Virus record (IMG/VR): IMGVR_UViG_3300021959_007301
Span: 1-64,000 of that record
Length of the DNA stretch: 64,000 bases
Source of the DNA: a virus
Reading direction: 5' to 3' (one strand)
In this document: piece by piece, positions 39,955 through 48,984 of the stretch
Position numbering within the stretch: the stretch's first letter is position 1
Layout: the number at the start of each line of letters is the position of its first letter
Notes under the pieces: model-generated
Database searches by the model: none
What the model was told of the DNA's origin: nothing
Seen by the model: only the letters and a program-made list of their open reading frames with translations
Program-made: the position numbers and the translations under genes

Positions 39955-40648
39955 ATTACTATTTCCTAATTTTGTATTTGAAAGAAACTTATTAGACCCA
40001 AACTTGGATAAAAGAAGAGGAATAACTAATGAGTATCTTCAACAGTGTGTAGATGCAATAGATGGTATGAGAAGAAAAGACCCTGAAGGTAGAAGAGTAT
40101 CTAATGCATATACTGGTTGGCAATCAAACGATGGGTGTGAATCAAATCCAATTTTACAACAGTTAATGAGAAAAATAGAACAACTTTTTAAAGATGAAGT
40201 ATTTCCTTTTCATGGATTAGACCAAACAAAAACATCGATACATATTGGTAACTCTTGGGCTAACGTAAACGATTTCTCTGCATGGAATAAACCACATATG
40301 CATAATGGATGTTGGTATAGTGGTGTGTTTTATATAAAGGGAGACGGTGATGAAGGTTGCATAGATATGGTCGATAAAGATGTTAAGGTTGTGTCTGATT
40401 TTCCACATTCACCTCGGGCGCCAGGTTCTATGAGTTATGCACCCACATCAGGTATGTTAATTTTATTTCCTAGTGGATTGATGCATATGGTAGAACCCAA
40501 CATGACAGATAAAGACCGATACAGCATTTCATTCAATATGGTAGTTAAATACCATGGTGATGGAGGTCAATTTGGTGAACCACAAAACTACCATCCTGAT
40601 GAATTTCTTTTTGAAATAGACGAAAACGGTGACCCTATAATGGGTTGA
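39944..40648 (+). CDS. Putative 2OG-Fe(II) oxygenase (TIGR02466-like)
   Basis: SWANVN....N.PH.H, SGVFY, G.LILFPS.L.H.V.PN, RYSISFN. Confidence 0.82.
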   Translation: MAVRLLFPNFVFERNLLDPNLDKRRGITNEYLQQCVDAIDGMRRKDPEGRRVSNAYTGWQSNDGCESNPILQQLMRKIEQLFKDEVFPFHGLDQTKTSIHIGNSWANVNDFSAWNKPHMHNGCWYSGVFYIKGDGDEGCIDMVDKDVKVVSDFPHSPRAPGSMSYAPTSGMLILFPSGLMHMVEPNMTDKDRYSISFNMVVKYHGDGGQFGEPQNYHPDEFLFEIDENGDPIMG

Positions 40649-40665
40649 TTTTCATAAATACTCGT

Positions 40666-40926
40666 ATGGAAATCACAGTAGACCCAACCTTTCTTTGGAA
40701 CTTCTTTATAACAGTGGTGTTAGTGCCATTGGGATTCTTAGTACGTTCAGTTTTATCTGAACAAAAAAGAATTGATATTCTTCTCAATAAAACACGTGAA
40801 GAGATAGCAAAAGATTATGTTACAAGAGAACAAATCGAAGCAGATTTCCAACGTTTAATGAATACAATTGAACGTATCGATGAAAAGATAGACAGATTAC
40901 AGTCTAGAACTTACTTCCAAGATTAA
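40666..40926 (+). CDS. Single-TM plus coiled-coil small membrane protein (holin-like candidate)
   Basis: FLWNFFITVVLVPLGFLV followed by YVTRE...IERIDEKIDRL; late-promoter-like CATAAATA upstream. Confidence 0.6.
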   Translation: MEITVDPTFLWNFFITVVLVPLGFLVRSVLSEQKRIDILLNKTREEIAKDYVTREQIEADFQRLMNTIERIDEKIDRLQSRTYFQD

Positions 40927-40971
40927 AATTCACATAAATAGTAGTAGAACATTTATTAATGGAACACTACT

Positions 40972-41787
40972 ATGGCAGAACCAAATTCAAAAGCATCATT
41001 AAAAGAGTATATCAAACGTAAGTTAGGGGCGCCTGTTCTCGAAATTAACGTGGATGATGACCAATTTGATGACAGAATCGATGAAGCACTTCAGTACTTC
41101 AGAGAGTATCACTATGATGGTTCAATCAAAACATATCTAAAACACAGAATAACTGATGCTAAAAAGACTGCAATGAAAACAAATGAGTCTTTTACAGAGA
41201 GTGCAGCTGGTACACATGCATATGACGATGAGGTTGTATATCAACAACAGAATTACATCGTGTTACCTGAACATGTCCTTGCAGTTATAAACATATTCCC
41301 ATTTAATGATAAACATAACATGAATATGTTTGACCTTAGATATCAATTAAGATTGAATGATTTATGGGATTTAACATCAACAAACATCTTATACTACGAA
41401 CAAGTACAACAACACATCAACTTACTAGACAACATTTTAGTGGGTAGAACTCCTATCAGATACAACACACACATGAATAGATTGTATCTAGATATGGATG
41501 TGGATTCAATCTATGACAATGAGTATATTCTCATTGAGTGTTATAGAAAATTAGACCCAACAGATTTCACAGATATTTACAACGACATGTGGTTGAAAAA
41601 GTATGCAACCTCATTAGTGAAGTATCAATGGGGAGAAAACTTATCTAAGTTCTCAGGTATTCAATTGCCAGGCGGTGTAACACTTGATGGTTCTGCAATG
41701 AAACAAGAAGCACAGGAAGAGATACGTAGATTAGAAGAAGAGTCTCGATTGAACTTTGAAATGCCTGTGATGGATATGATAGGTTAA
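40972..41787 (+). CDS. gp13: Neck protein gp13
   Basis: LKEYI.RKLGAPVLEINVDDDQ..DRIDEALQYF.EYH.DG, QWG.NLSKF.G.QLPGGVTLDG. Confidence 0.93.
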   Translation: MAEPNSKASLKEYIKRKLGAPVLEINVDDDQFDDRIDEALQYFREYHYDGSIKTYLKHRITDAKKTAMKTNESFTESAAGTHAYDDEVVYQQQNYIVLPEHVLAVINIFPFNDKHNMNMFDLRYQLRLNDLWDLTSTNILYYEQVQQHINLLDNILVGRTPIRYNTHMNRLYLDMDVDSIYDNEYILIECYRKLDPTDFTDIYNDMWLKKYATSLVKYQWGENLSKFSGIQLPGGVTLDGSAMKQEAQEEIRRLEEESRLNFEMPVMDMIG

Positions 41788-41789
41788 TT

Positions 41790-42644
41790 ATGCCAACAAA
41801 TGTATATTTCAATCATGCAGTATCGACTGAACAACATCTATACGAAGATTTAGTTGTTGAGTCTTTACGATTCTATGGGCATGAATGTTTCTATTTACCT
41901 AGAGAGATAGTCGAAGAAGACAGTATCTTAGGTGAAGACATTCAGTCTACATTTGGTGATGCATACAGTGTTGAAATGTACATTGAAAACACAGAAGGTT
42001 TTGAAGGAGAGGGAGACCTCTTCAGTAAGTTTGGTGTTCAAGTAAGAGACCAAGCAACATTTGTTTTATCACTGAGAAGTTGGGAAAGATTTATTTCGTT
42101 AGACAGCAACCTTGCAACAAGTCTAAGACCAAATGAGGGTGATCTCATATATTTCCCACTTTCAGGTTCTTTATTTGAAATCAAATTTGTTGAACACGAA
42201 AACCCATTCTATCAAGTTGGTAAACTCTTTGTATTCAAGATGCAGTGTGAACTGTTTGAATACAGTGGTGAAGACTTTGATACAGATATCACTAACATTG
42301 ACTTGGTTGAAGACCAACAAGCATATACTATTGAATTAACAATGGCAGATGGTGGAAGTGGTCAATACTATGTTAATGAAAATGTGTCATTAAACGAAAC
42401 CGTAGTTGGTGAAGTGGTTTCATGGGATGGTGGTGCAAATAGAAAACTTACCATTAAAGATAACACTACTACACTTCAAGTCGGTGATACACTGGTTGGT
42501 GCAAACGGTGCCTCTTATGACATTGCATCAATCACAGATATACTTACATTTGCAAACGATGGTAATGCACAGAACAAAGAGTTTGAAGATTCTGAAACAT
42601 CATACCTAGACTTCAGTGAAACTAATCCATTTGGAGAACCCTAA
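41790..42644 (+). CDS. gp14: Neck protein gp14
   Basis: EQ.LYEDLVVES...YG...YLPR, FSKFG, RPNEGDLIYFP, PFYQ.G, DFSE.NPFG. Confidence 0.93.
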   Translation: MPTNVYFNHAVSTEQHLYEDLVVESLRFYGHECFYLPREIVEEDSILGEDIQSTFGDAYSVEMYIENTEGFEGEGDLFSKFGVQVRDQATFVLSLRSWERFISLDSNLATSLRPNEGDLIYFPLSGSLFEIKFVEHENPFYQVGKLFVFKMQCELFEYSGEDFDTDITNIDLVEDQQAYTIELTMADGGSGQYYVNENVSLNETVVGEVVSWDGGANRKLTIKDNTTTLQVGDTLVGANGASYDIASITDILTFANDGNAQNKEFEDSETSYLDFSETNPFGEP

Positions 42645-43690
42645 TGTTTGGTACATATTTTTATAATGAGACAATCAAAAGGTCAATATCAATCTTTGGT
42701 ACACTCTTCAATAATCTGACTGTAAAGAAGACTAAGTCAGACGGTACAGTATTGTCATCACAAAAGGTTCCGATTTCATATGGCCCAAAACAAAAGTTTC
42801 TACAGAGACTTGCAGAAGAACCTAATCTAACAGATGGAAACAGAACTGCAATCTCTCTACCACGTATGACATTCCAGTTAAGTGGTTTTGAATACGATGC
42901 AACAAGACAACAGAATAAAATTATTCGTCATTCTAAGACAGTATTAGAAGACGGTAATCTAACAAGAGGTTATCAGTATCAACCTGCACCTTACAATCTA
43001 AACTTTACATTGAGTGTTCTTGCAAAGAACGCTGCTGATGGTTTACAGATTGTAGAACAGATAATACCATATTTCCAACCTGAATACACAGTCACAATGA
43101 AGATGATTGATGATATGTCAGATGTAAGAGATGTTCCTATTACACTTACTAGTGTCACAATGGATGACCAGTTTGAAGGAACATTCGAAGAACGTAGAGT
43201 GCTCGAATATACACTAGAGTTTTCTATGAAGATATACTTCTTCGGGCCTGTGTCTACTGGAAATGTTATCAAGAATGTTATTGAAAGAGACTATATCAGT
43301 GACAGTACAGGACAGTTTACCTCAACACAAATCGATGGTGCAGGTCTTATCAAAGAAGTTAAACACTATGAACCTGCATTCGGTGAGACTGCAAACGCAG
43401 TATCTAACTCAACATCAGTGACATTTGCCACTGCAATAAATAGTAAGATAAGTGTGGGAGATGAAGTATTTGGAACAAATTTATCAACAAATCCAACTAT
43501 CTCATCTATTGCATCAGATAGATTAGCAATCGTATTAAGTAATGCAATTACTATCGATGCAAACACTACACTCAAGTTTGTTGGTTCAGTAGACCCATCA
43601 GATTCATTTGTAATTGCAGAGACAGTTACATTCTATGATGACGGCACTACATCAACATTTGAAGAAGATAAAACAAGTGATGCAAGTTAA
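42644..43690 (+). CDS. gp15: Tail sheath stabilizer / terminator gp15
   Basis: YFYNETI......FGTLFN, VP.SYGPKQKFL, LPRM.F, QI.EQI.PYFQP. Confidence 0.93.
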   Translation: MFGTYFYNETIKRSISIFGTLFNNLTVKKTKSDGTVLSSQKVPISYGPKQKFLQRLAEEPNLTDGNRTAISLPRMTFQLSGFEYDATRQQNKIIRHSKTVLEDGNLTRGYQYQPAPYNLNFTLSVLAKNAADGLQIVEQIIPYFQPEYTVTMKMIDDMSDVRDVPITLTSVTMDDQFEGTFEERRVLEYTLEFSMKIYFFGPVSTGNVIKNVIERDYISDSTGQFTSTQIDGAGLIKEVKHYEPAFGETANAVSNSTSVTFATAINSKISVGDEVFGTNLSTNPTISSIASDRLAIVLSNAITIDANTTLKFVGSVDPSDSFVIAETVTFYDDGTTSTFEEDKTSDAS

Positions 43691-43692
43691 TT

Positions 43693-44085
43693 ATGACAGA
43701 CAAAGTAGACCAACAGTTAAATGACCTGTTAGATATTAGTACAGATATAAAGAAGGAGACTGATATAGTAAAACTTCCTTCTCGTTCTGATAATATCGAA
43801 ACAGATTACAAATATGCCCGTGAGAACCTCTACAACCTCGTAGAACGAGGACAAGATGCAATCGATGGTATCCTTGAACTTTCCAAAGAAACCGAACACC
43901 CACGTGCCTACGAAGTCGCAGGACAGTTAATTAAAACTGTGGGGGAGACTGCAGAAAAACTAATTGACTTACAAAACAAACTTAAAAAATTAGAAGGTGA
44001 AGATGCACCTAAGACTCAACACAATCATTTATATGTGGGGTCAACTTCGGAATTACAGAAGTTTTTGAAAAAAAATAAAGACTAA
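43693..44085 (+). CDS. gp16: Terminase small subunit gp16
   Basis: DY.YAR.NLY.L.E.G, HPRAYEVAGQLIK, VGST.ELQK. Confidence 0.92.
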   Translation: MTDKVDQQLNDLLDISTDIKKETDIVKLPSRSDNIETDYKYARENLYNLVERGQDAIDGILELSKETEHPRAYEVAGQLIKTVGETAEKLIDLQNKLKKLEGEDAPKTQHNHLYVGSTSELQKFLKKNKD

Positions 44086-44088
44086 ATT

Positions 44089-44796
44089 ATGGACAAATTT
44101 GGTTACACACACTTAATGTGTGCATATGACTATTATAGGACTAATGCATATGAGAGTTGGATTCGTGACAATGTGAAAGATAAAGTCGTCTGTGACTTAG
44201 GTGCAGGGACTGGAATCTTAATGTGGCTTGCATACATAAATGGTGCAAAAAAGGTCATTGGTATAGAAAGAGAAGTGGAGACTTTGAAACTACTACATTA
44301 TCGTTTCGATAACATACCTGAGATGGAGATTATTGAAGGAGACATCCATGAGATGGATTATCCTGAGAGTGACATCTACCTACAGGAAAATATAGGAGCA
44401 CAGTTTATACAAGAGCGTGTTGATTTGCTCTTTGAAAACTGCAGAAGACAAGGTATTATAGATAAAGTATACCCAAACAGGTATAAAATTTTAGAGGGTA
44501 TATGCGAAGAAGAAACCTTTATTCGAATAGAATCTGATAAAAATTTTATGGAAGGGGGTAAAGATTTTTTTAGAAAGCACAATTTAACACCAAAACAGAC
44601 ATTGGTAGACAGTAAGACTAAAGTGTTAAATACTAAACATGAAGGACACATATCAGAATTTAAGGTGGAGATGTTAAAAGGAGATGCTAATCATATGTTA
44701 TGGGAAATGAGTTTTGATGGTGATTTTGTAATATCTAACTATCTAACTCCATCTCATTGGAAAGCAAGTTGGGGGTTTTTAGATGGTACAACCTAA
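44089..44796 (+). CDS. Class I SAM-dependent methyltransferase with PRMT-like N-terminal core
   Basis: M..D..RT.AY...I..NVKDKVV.DLGAGTGIL...A...GAKKV.GIE. Confidence 0.75.
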   Translation: MDKFGYTHLMCAYDYYRTNAYESWIRDNVKDKVVCDLGAGTGILMWLAYINGAKKVIGIEREVETLKLLHYRFDNIPEMEIIEGDIHEMDYPESDIYLQENIGAQFIQERVDLLFENCRRQGIIDKVYPNRYKILEGICEEETFIRIESDKNFMEGGKDFFRKHNLTPKQTLVDSKTKVLNTKHEGHISEFKVEMLKGDANHMLWEMSFDGDFVISNYLTPSHWKASWGFLDGTT

Positions 44797-46363
44797 AAAC
44801 GAAGGTTACTTAGGTAACACACTCATTAAACGTGCTGGTATAGACCACCAGTACGATGAAAAAGAGTTAAAAGAATACATAAAGTGTTCCAAAGACCCCT
44901 GTTACTTTATCGAATCTTACACTCAAATTATCTCACTTGACGAAGGCTTAGTTCCATTTAAACTACGTGGTTATCAGTCAGGACTAATAGAACACTACAA
45001 TGCAAATAGATTTAATGTAGTACTTGCATCACGTCAGAGTGGTAAGTCCATCACATCCTGTGCATATTTACTGTGGTTTTTACTCTTTCATCCTGAAGTA
45101 AACGTTGCTATCCTTGCAAACAAAGGTGCAATTGCAAGAGAGATGATTGCACGTCTCGTAACTATGTTAGAGTCTGTACCATTCTTTTTACAGCCTGGAG
45201 TTAAGATTCTTAACAAAGGTTCAATTGAATTTGCAAACGATTCTAAAGTCGTTGCAGCTGCAACATCTTCATCATCCATTCGTGGTATGTCAATCAACCT
45301 ACTATACCTCGATGAGTTTGCATTCGTTGAAGGTGCAGAAGAGTTCTACACATCAACATATCCTGTGGTAACCTCAGGTAAAGATTCTAAGGTTATTATT
45401 ACCTCAACTGCAAACGGTGTGGGTAATATGTTTCATAAGATATACGAAAGTGCAGTACATAGTCAATCAGAGTACAAACACTTCACTATTAACTGGTATG
45501 ATGTCCCTGATAGAGATGAAGAATGGAAGAAAATGACCATTGCAAACACCTCAGAGGCACAGTTTGAACAGGAATATGGTAATAGTTTCTTAGGTACTGG
45601 TTCTACACTTATCAACTCAGATACCCTACTAGGAATGCGTGCTGTGGACTGTGAGTGGGGTCGTGACGGTGTTTCTGTCTATGAACTACCCCAACCTGAC
45701 CACAACTATGTATGCACCGTAGACGTGTCCTCAGGACGTGGATTAGACTATTCATCGTTCACTGTTATAGACGTATCAGTCAAACCATTTAGACAAGTGC
45801 TATGTTATAGGGACAATATGATATCAAGTATGTTGTTACCTGACATAATTAATAAATACGTTAGACCTTACAACGAAGCATTAGTTATTATTGAAAATAA
45901 TGCAGAAGGTTCCATGGTTGCAACACAATTACACTATGATATAGAGTATCCAAATGTGTTTGCACAAGGGTTACAAAAGGCGTCTGATATAGGTGTAACT
46001 ATGAACAGACGTATTAAAAGAGTTGGTTGTTCTACTCTCAAAGAATTATTAGAAGAGAATAGACTATCAATAGTTGACCGTGCAACTATAACTGAATTGA
46101 TGACGTTTGTTATCAAAGGAAACAGTTATGAAGCAGACCGTGGATATAATGATGACACTGTTATGAATCTAGTGTTGTTTAGTTGGTTTGTGACAACAGA
46201 ACAGTTCACATACCTTACAGACCGTGCAGTAAAGGATTTATTGTATGCAGAACAACAAAAAATGATTGAAGACGACCTTTTACCTCCAGGCTTCTTCCAC
46301 CAAGAAGAAGAAAGTACAAGTTTTGTAGACCCTAATGGAGATAGATGGTTCATTGAACAATAA
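44783..46363 (+). CDS. gp17: Terminase large subunit gp17
   Basis: Walker A SRQSGKS, Walker B LYLDEFAF, ITSTANG, VDVS.G.G.DYS, DD.VM. Confidence 0.96.
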   Translation: MVQPKNEGYLGNTLIKRAGIDHQYDEKELKEYIKCSKDPCYFIESYTQIISLDEGLVPFKLRGYQSGLIEHYNANRFNVVLASRQSGKSITSCAYLLWFLLFHPEVNVAILANKGAIAREMIARLVTMLESVPFFLQPGVKILNKGSIEFANDSKVVAAATSSSSIRGMSINLLYLDEFAFVEGAEEFYTSTYPVVTSGKDSKVIITSTANGVGNMFHKIYESAVHSQSEYKHFTINWYDVPDRDEEWKKMTIANTSEAQFEQEYGNSFLGTGSTLINSDTLLGMRAVDCEWGRDGVSVYELPQPDHNYVCTVDVSSGRGLDYSSFTVIDVSVKPFRQVLCYRDNMISSMLLPDIINKYVRPYNEALVIIENNAEGSMVATQLHYDIEYPNVFAQGLQKASDIGVTMNRRIKRVGCSTLKELLEENRLSIVDRATITELMTFVIKGNSYEADRGYNDDTVMNLVLFSWFVTTEQFTYLTDRAVKDLLYAEQQKMIEDDLLPPGFFHQEEESTSFVDPNGDRWFIEQ

Positions 46364-46436
46364 ATAACGATGTTAAAAGTATTAAACTTATAAATAAAAC
46401 TGTAAGAAAACTTTTTACATTAACAGGAGAAAAAGT

Positions 46437-48434
46437 ATGGCATTTCAAGTATCACCAGGCGTACAGGTCTCAGAGATAGACCTTACAAATGTTGTGCCAG
46501 CAGTTTCATCTACTACAGGTGCATTCGCTGGTTCATTTCAATGGGGCCCTGTTGATGAAGTAGTAACAGTTTCAGATGCGAAAAGTTTAGTCGATACATT
46601 CTACGAACCTGAAAATAGTGACGCTGGAGCTGAAGACTTTTATTCAGCAGAGTCGTTCCTAAGATATGGTTCGTCACTTCGAGTAGTGAGAGTAAACAAA
46701 TCAGGTTTACTAAACGCTAACCAAAGTGGTGGGACTCAACTAATCAAAAATGAATCTAATTACCAAGATATTGCAAGAGATGGTTCTCTAAACGGTACAA
46801 TCGGTAAATGGGCAGCAAGATATGCTGGTGCTTTAGGTAATTCACTTAAAGTTTCAGTATGTGCTAGTTCAGACGCTTACTTTAATGATAGCGAGACAAC
46901 TGTTTCCTCAGAAGAGGTTTCAGGTCAAACTACAATTTCAATGACTTCATCCGATGGGTTTGCAGTCAGAGATATCATTAAGTTCGCAAACCATAGTACT
47001 AGTTATAGAGTAACTTCAGTTGATACAGATGCAGACACAGTTGTTGTCGAAGCATTAAATCAACCTGCAGGAACAGGTCTAACAGAGACAGTACCTGCAT
47101 TAACATCTGTTGACAGATATTGGGAGTTCTACAGATTATTCAACAAAGCTCCAGGCAAATCTGCATCTGCCCTCGCAGCAGGTGGTTCAGATGACGAGAT
47201 TCATGTAGTCGTAGTTGACGAAGACGGAAGTATTTCAGGAACTGCAAACACAGTCTTAGAAACATTTGGTTTCGTATCACTCGCATCGGATTCAAAAGAT
47301 TCAAACGGTAACTCAAATTACTATAGAGATGTAATCGAAAGATTGTCTCAATGGGTATGGTGGTCAGGTCATTCAACTGCAATGGTCACAACCGCTAACG
47401 AACATAGAACACACTTAGTTTCAGCAACAACTGCATTCTTAAGACCTTCAACACCTGAAAACTCATCATTGAGTGCTGGTTCAGATGGTAGTGCAATGAC
47501 TGCTGGAGAAAAATATGGTGCATGGCAAGACCACTTTGAGGATGCAGAGTCAGTAGACATCTCATTCTTGATTATGGGTTCAGTTGCAGGTGACACACTT
47601 GCAGATTGGACATCAATTGTCAACCAAGGTATCTTAGTATGTGAAAACAGAAAAGATTGTATGTTAGTTGCATCACCTTTAAGAAAGGACTGCATCGGAA
47701 CTGCAAATGGTGAAACTAATCACTTTGCACCAACTTCAGAGTCTAATAGAAATACTAACGTTGTAGAAACAGTAAATACTGCAAGTTCATCATCTTATGT
47801 TGTGTTTGACTCAACATGGGTGTATCAGTACGATAGATTCAACGATAGATACGTATGGATTCCTGCAAACCCCCATACTGCAGGTATTATGTCAAGATCA
47901 GACCTTCTTAGAGACCCATGGTTCTCACCTGCAGGTTTCTCAAGAGGACAGTATCTAGGAATTACAAAACTTGCTCACAATCCAAAACAAGCATCAAGAG
48001 ATGACCTATACCGTGCAAGGGTTAACCCTGTGGTTACATTCCCTGGCCAAGGTACAGTGTTATTTGGTGACAAAACTGGATTAACAACAACAAGTGCATT
48101 TGACAGAATTAACGTCAGAAGATTATTCATTGTACTTGAGAAAGCAATTGCAACTGCTGCTAAAGCACAACTCTTTGAATTCAACGATGCATTCACAAGA
48201 GCACAATTTAGAAGTGCAGTAGAACCTTTCTTAAGAGACGTGAAGAATAGAAGAGGACTAGTAGATTACTCAGTAGTTTGTGACGAAACAAACAACACTG
48301 ATTCAGTGATTGATAGAAACGAATTTGTTTGTTCAATCTTTGTGAAACCTGCTAAGTCTATTAACTTTGTAACTTTAAACTTTGTTGCCACAAGAAGTGG
48401 TGTACAGTTTGAAGAAGTATACAGTGCAGTTTAA
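46437..48434 (+). CDS. gp18: Tail sheath protein gp18
   Basis: FQVSPGV...EIDLT, F.WGP, PWFSPAG..RG, FDRINVRRLF. Confidence 0.96.
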   Translation: MAFQVSPGVQVSEIDLTNVVPAVSSTTGAFAGSFQWGPVDEVVTVSDAKSLVDTFYEPENSDAGAEDFYSAESFLRYGSSLRVVRVNKSGLLNANQSGGTQLIKNESNYQDIARDGSLNGTIGKWAARYAGALGNSLKVSVCASSDAYFNDSETTVSSEEVSGQTTISMTSSDGFAVRDIIKFANHSTSYRVTSVDTDADTVVVEALNQPAGTGLTETVPALTSVDRYWEFYRLFNKAPGKSASALAAGGSDDEIHVVVVDEDGSISGTANTVLETFGFVSLASDSKDSNGNSNYYRDVIERLSQWVWWSGHSTAMVTTANEHRTHLVSATTAFLRPSTPENSSLSAGSDGSAMTAGEKYGAWQDHFEDAESVDISFLIMGSVAGDTLADWTSIVNQGILVCENRKDCMLVASPLRKDCIGTANGETNHFAPTSESNRNTNVVETVNTASSSSYVVFDSTWVYQYDRFNDRYVWIPANPHTAGIMSRSDLLRDPWFSPAGFSRGQYLGITKLAHNPKQASRDDLYRARVNPVVTFPGQGTVLFGDKTGLTTTSAFDRINVRRLFIVLEKAIATAAKAQLFEFNDAFTRAQFRSAVEPFLRDVKNRRGLVDYSVVCDETNNTDSVIDRNEFVCSIFVKPAKSINFVTLNFVATRSGVQFEEVYSAV

Positions 48435-48445
48435 GGGAGAAATAA

Positions 48446-48943
48446 ATGGCAACTATAGACCAATTTAAAGCACAATTAATCGGAGGTGGCCCACGTGCTA
48501 ACCGATTTAGAGTGTTCTTACCTCGTGCAGGTAATAAGATAGAATTCCTGTGTAAAGCTGCACAAATACCACCTGCAACAATCGGAGTAGTACCTGTAAA
48601 CTTTAGAGGTCACATTCTGAAACTTGCTGGAGATAGAACCTTCGAACCATGGAGTGTTACTATCATCAATGACGTTGAGTTCTCTGCAAGAACTGCTCTT
48701 GAAGCATGGCAAACAGAAATTCAAGCATTAGATAGTGGTGAAGGTGCAACAGACACTGATTACTTATTATCACGTGCATACGTAGAACAATTAAACAAAG
48801 ACGATTCAGTCCTAGCGAGATATGAGTTCTTCAACATGTTCCCAACTTCAATTGGTGCAATCGAACTTTCTTACGAGACAGTAGATGCATTAGAAGAGTT
48901 TACAGTTGATTTTGAATTCTCTCACTGGGAAAGAGTAGTCTAA
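48446..48943 (+). CDS. gp19: Tail tube protein gp19
   Basis: GG.R.NRF.V, FLCKAAQ.P, FRG..LK.AGDRTF.PW..TI.ND. Confidence 0.95.
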   Translation: MATIDQFKAQLIGGGPRANRFRVFLPRAGNKIEFLCKAAQIPPATIGVVPVNFRGHILKLAGDRTFEPWSVTIINDVEFSARTALEAWQTEIQALDSGEGATDTDYLLSRAYVEQLNKDDSVLARYEFFNMFPTSIGAIELSYETVDALEEFTVDFEFSHWERVV

Positions 48944-48984
48944 AAAGTGAATAACATCTCTTTTGGGGTGTTATAAATATCAGT

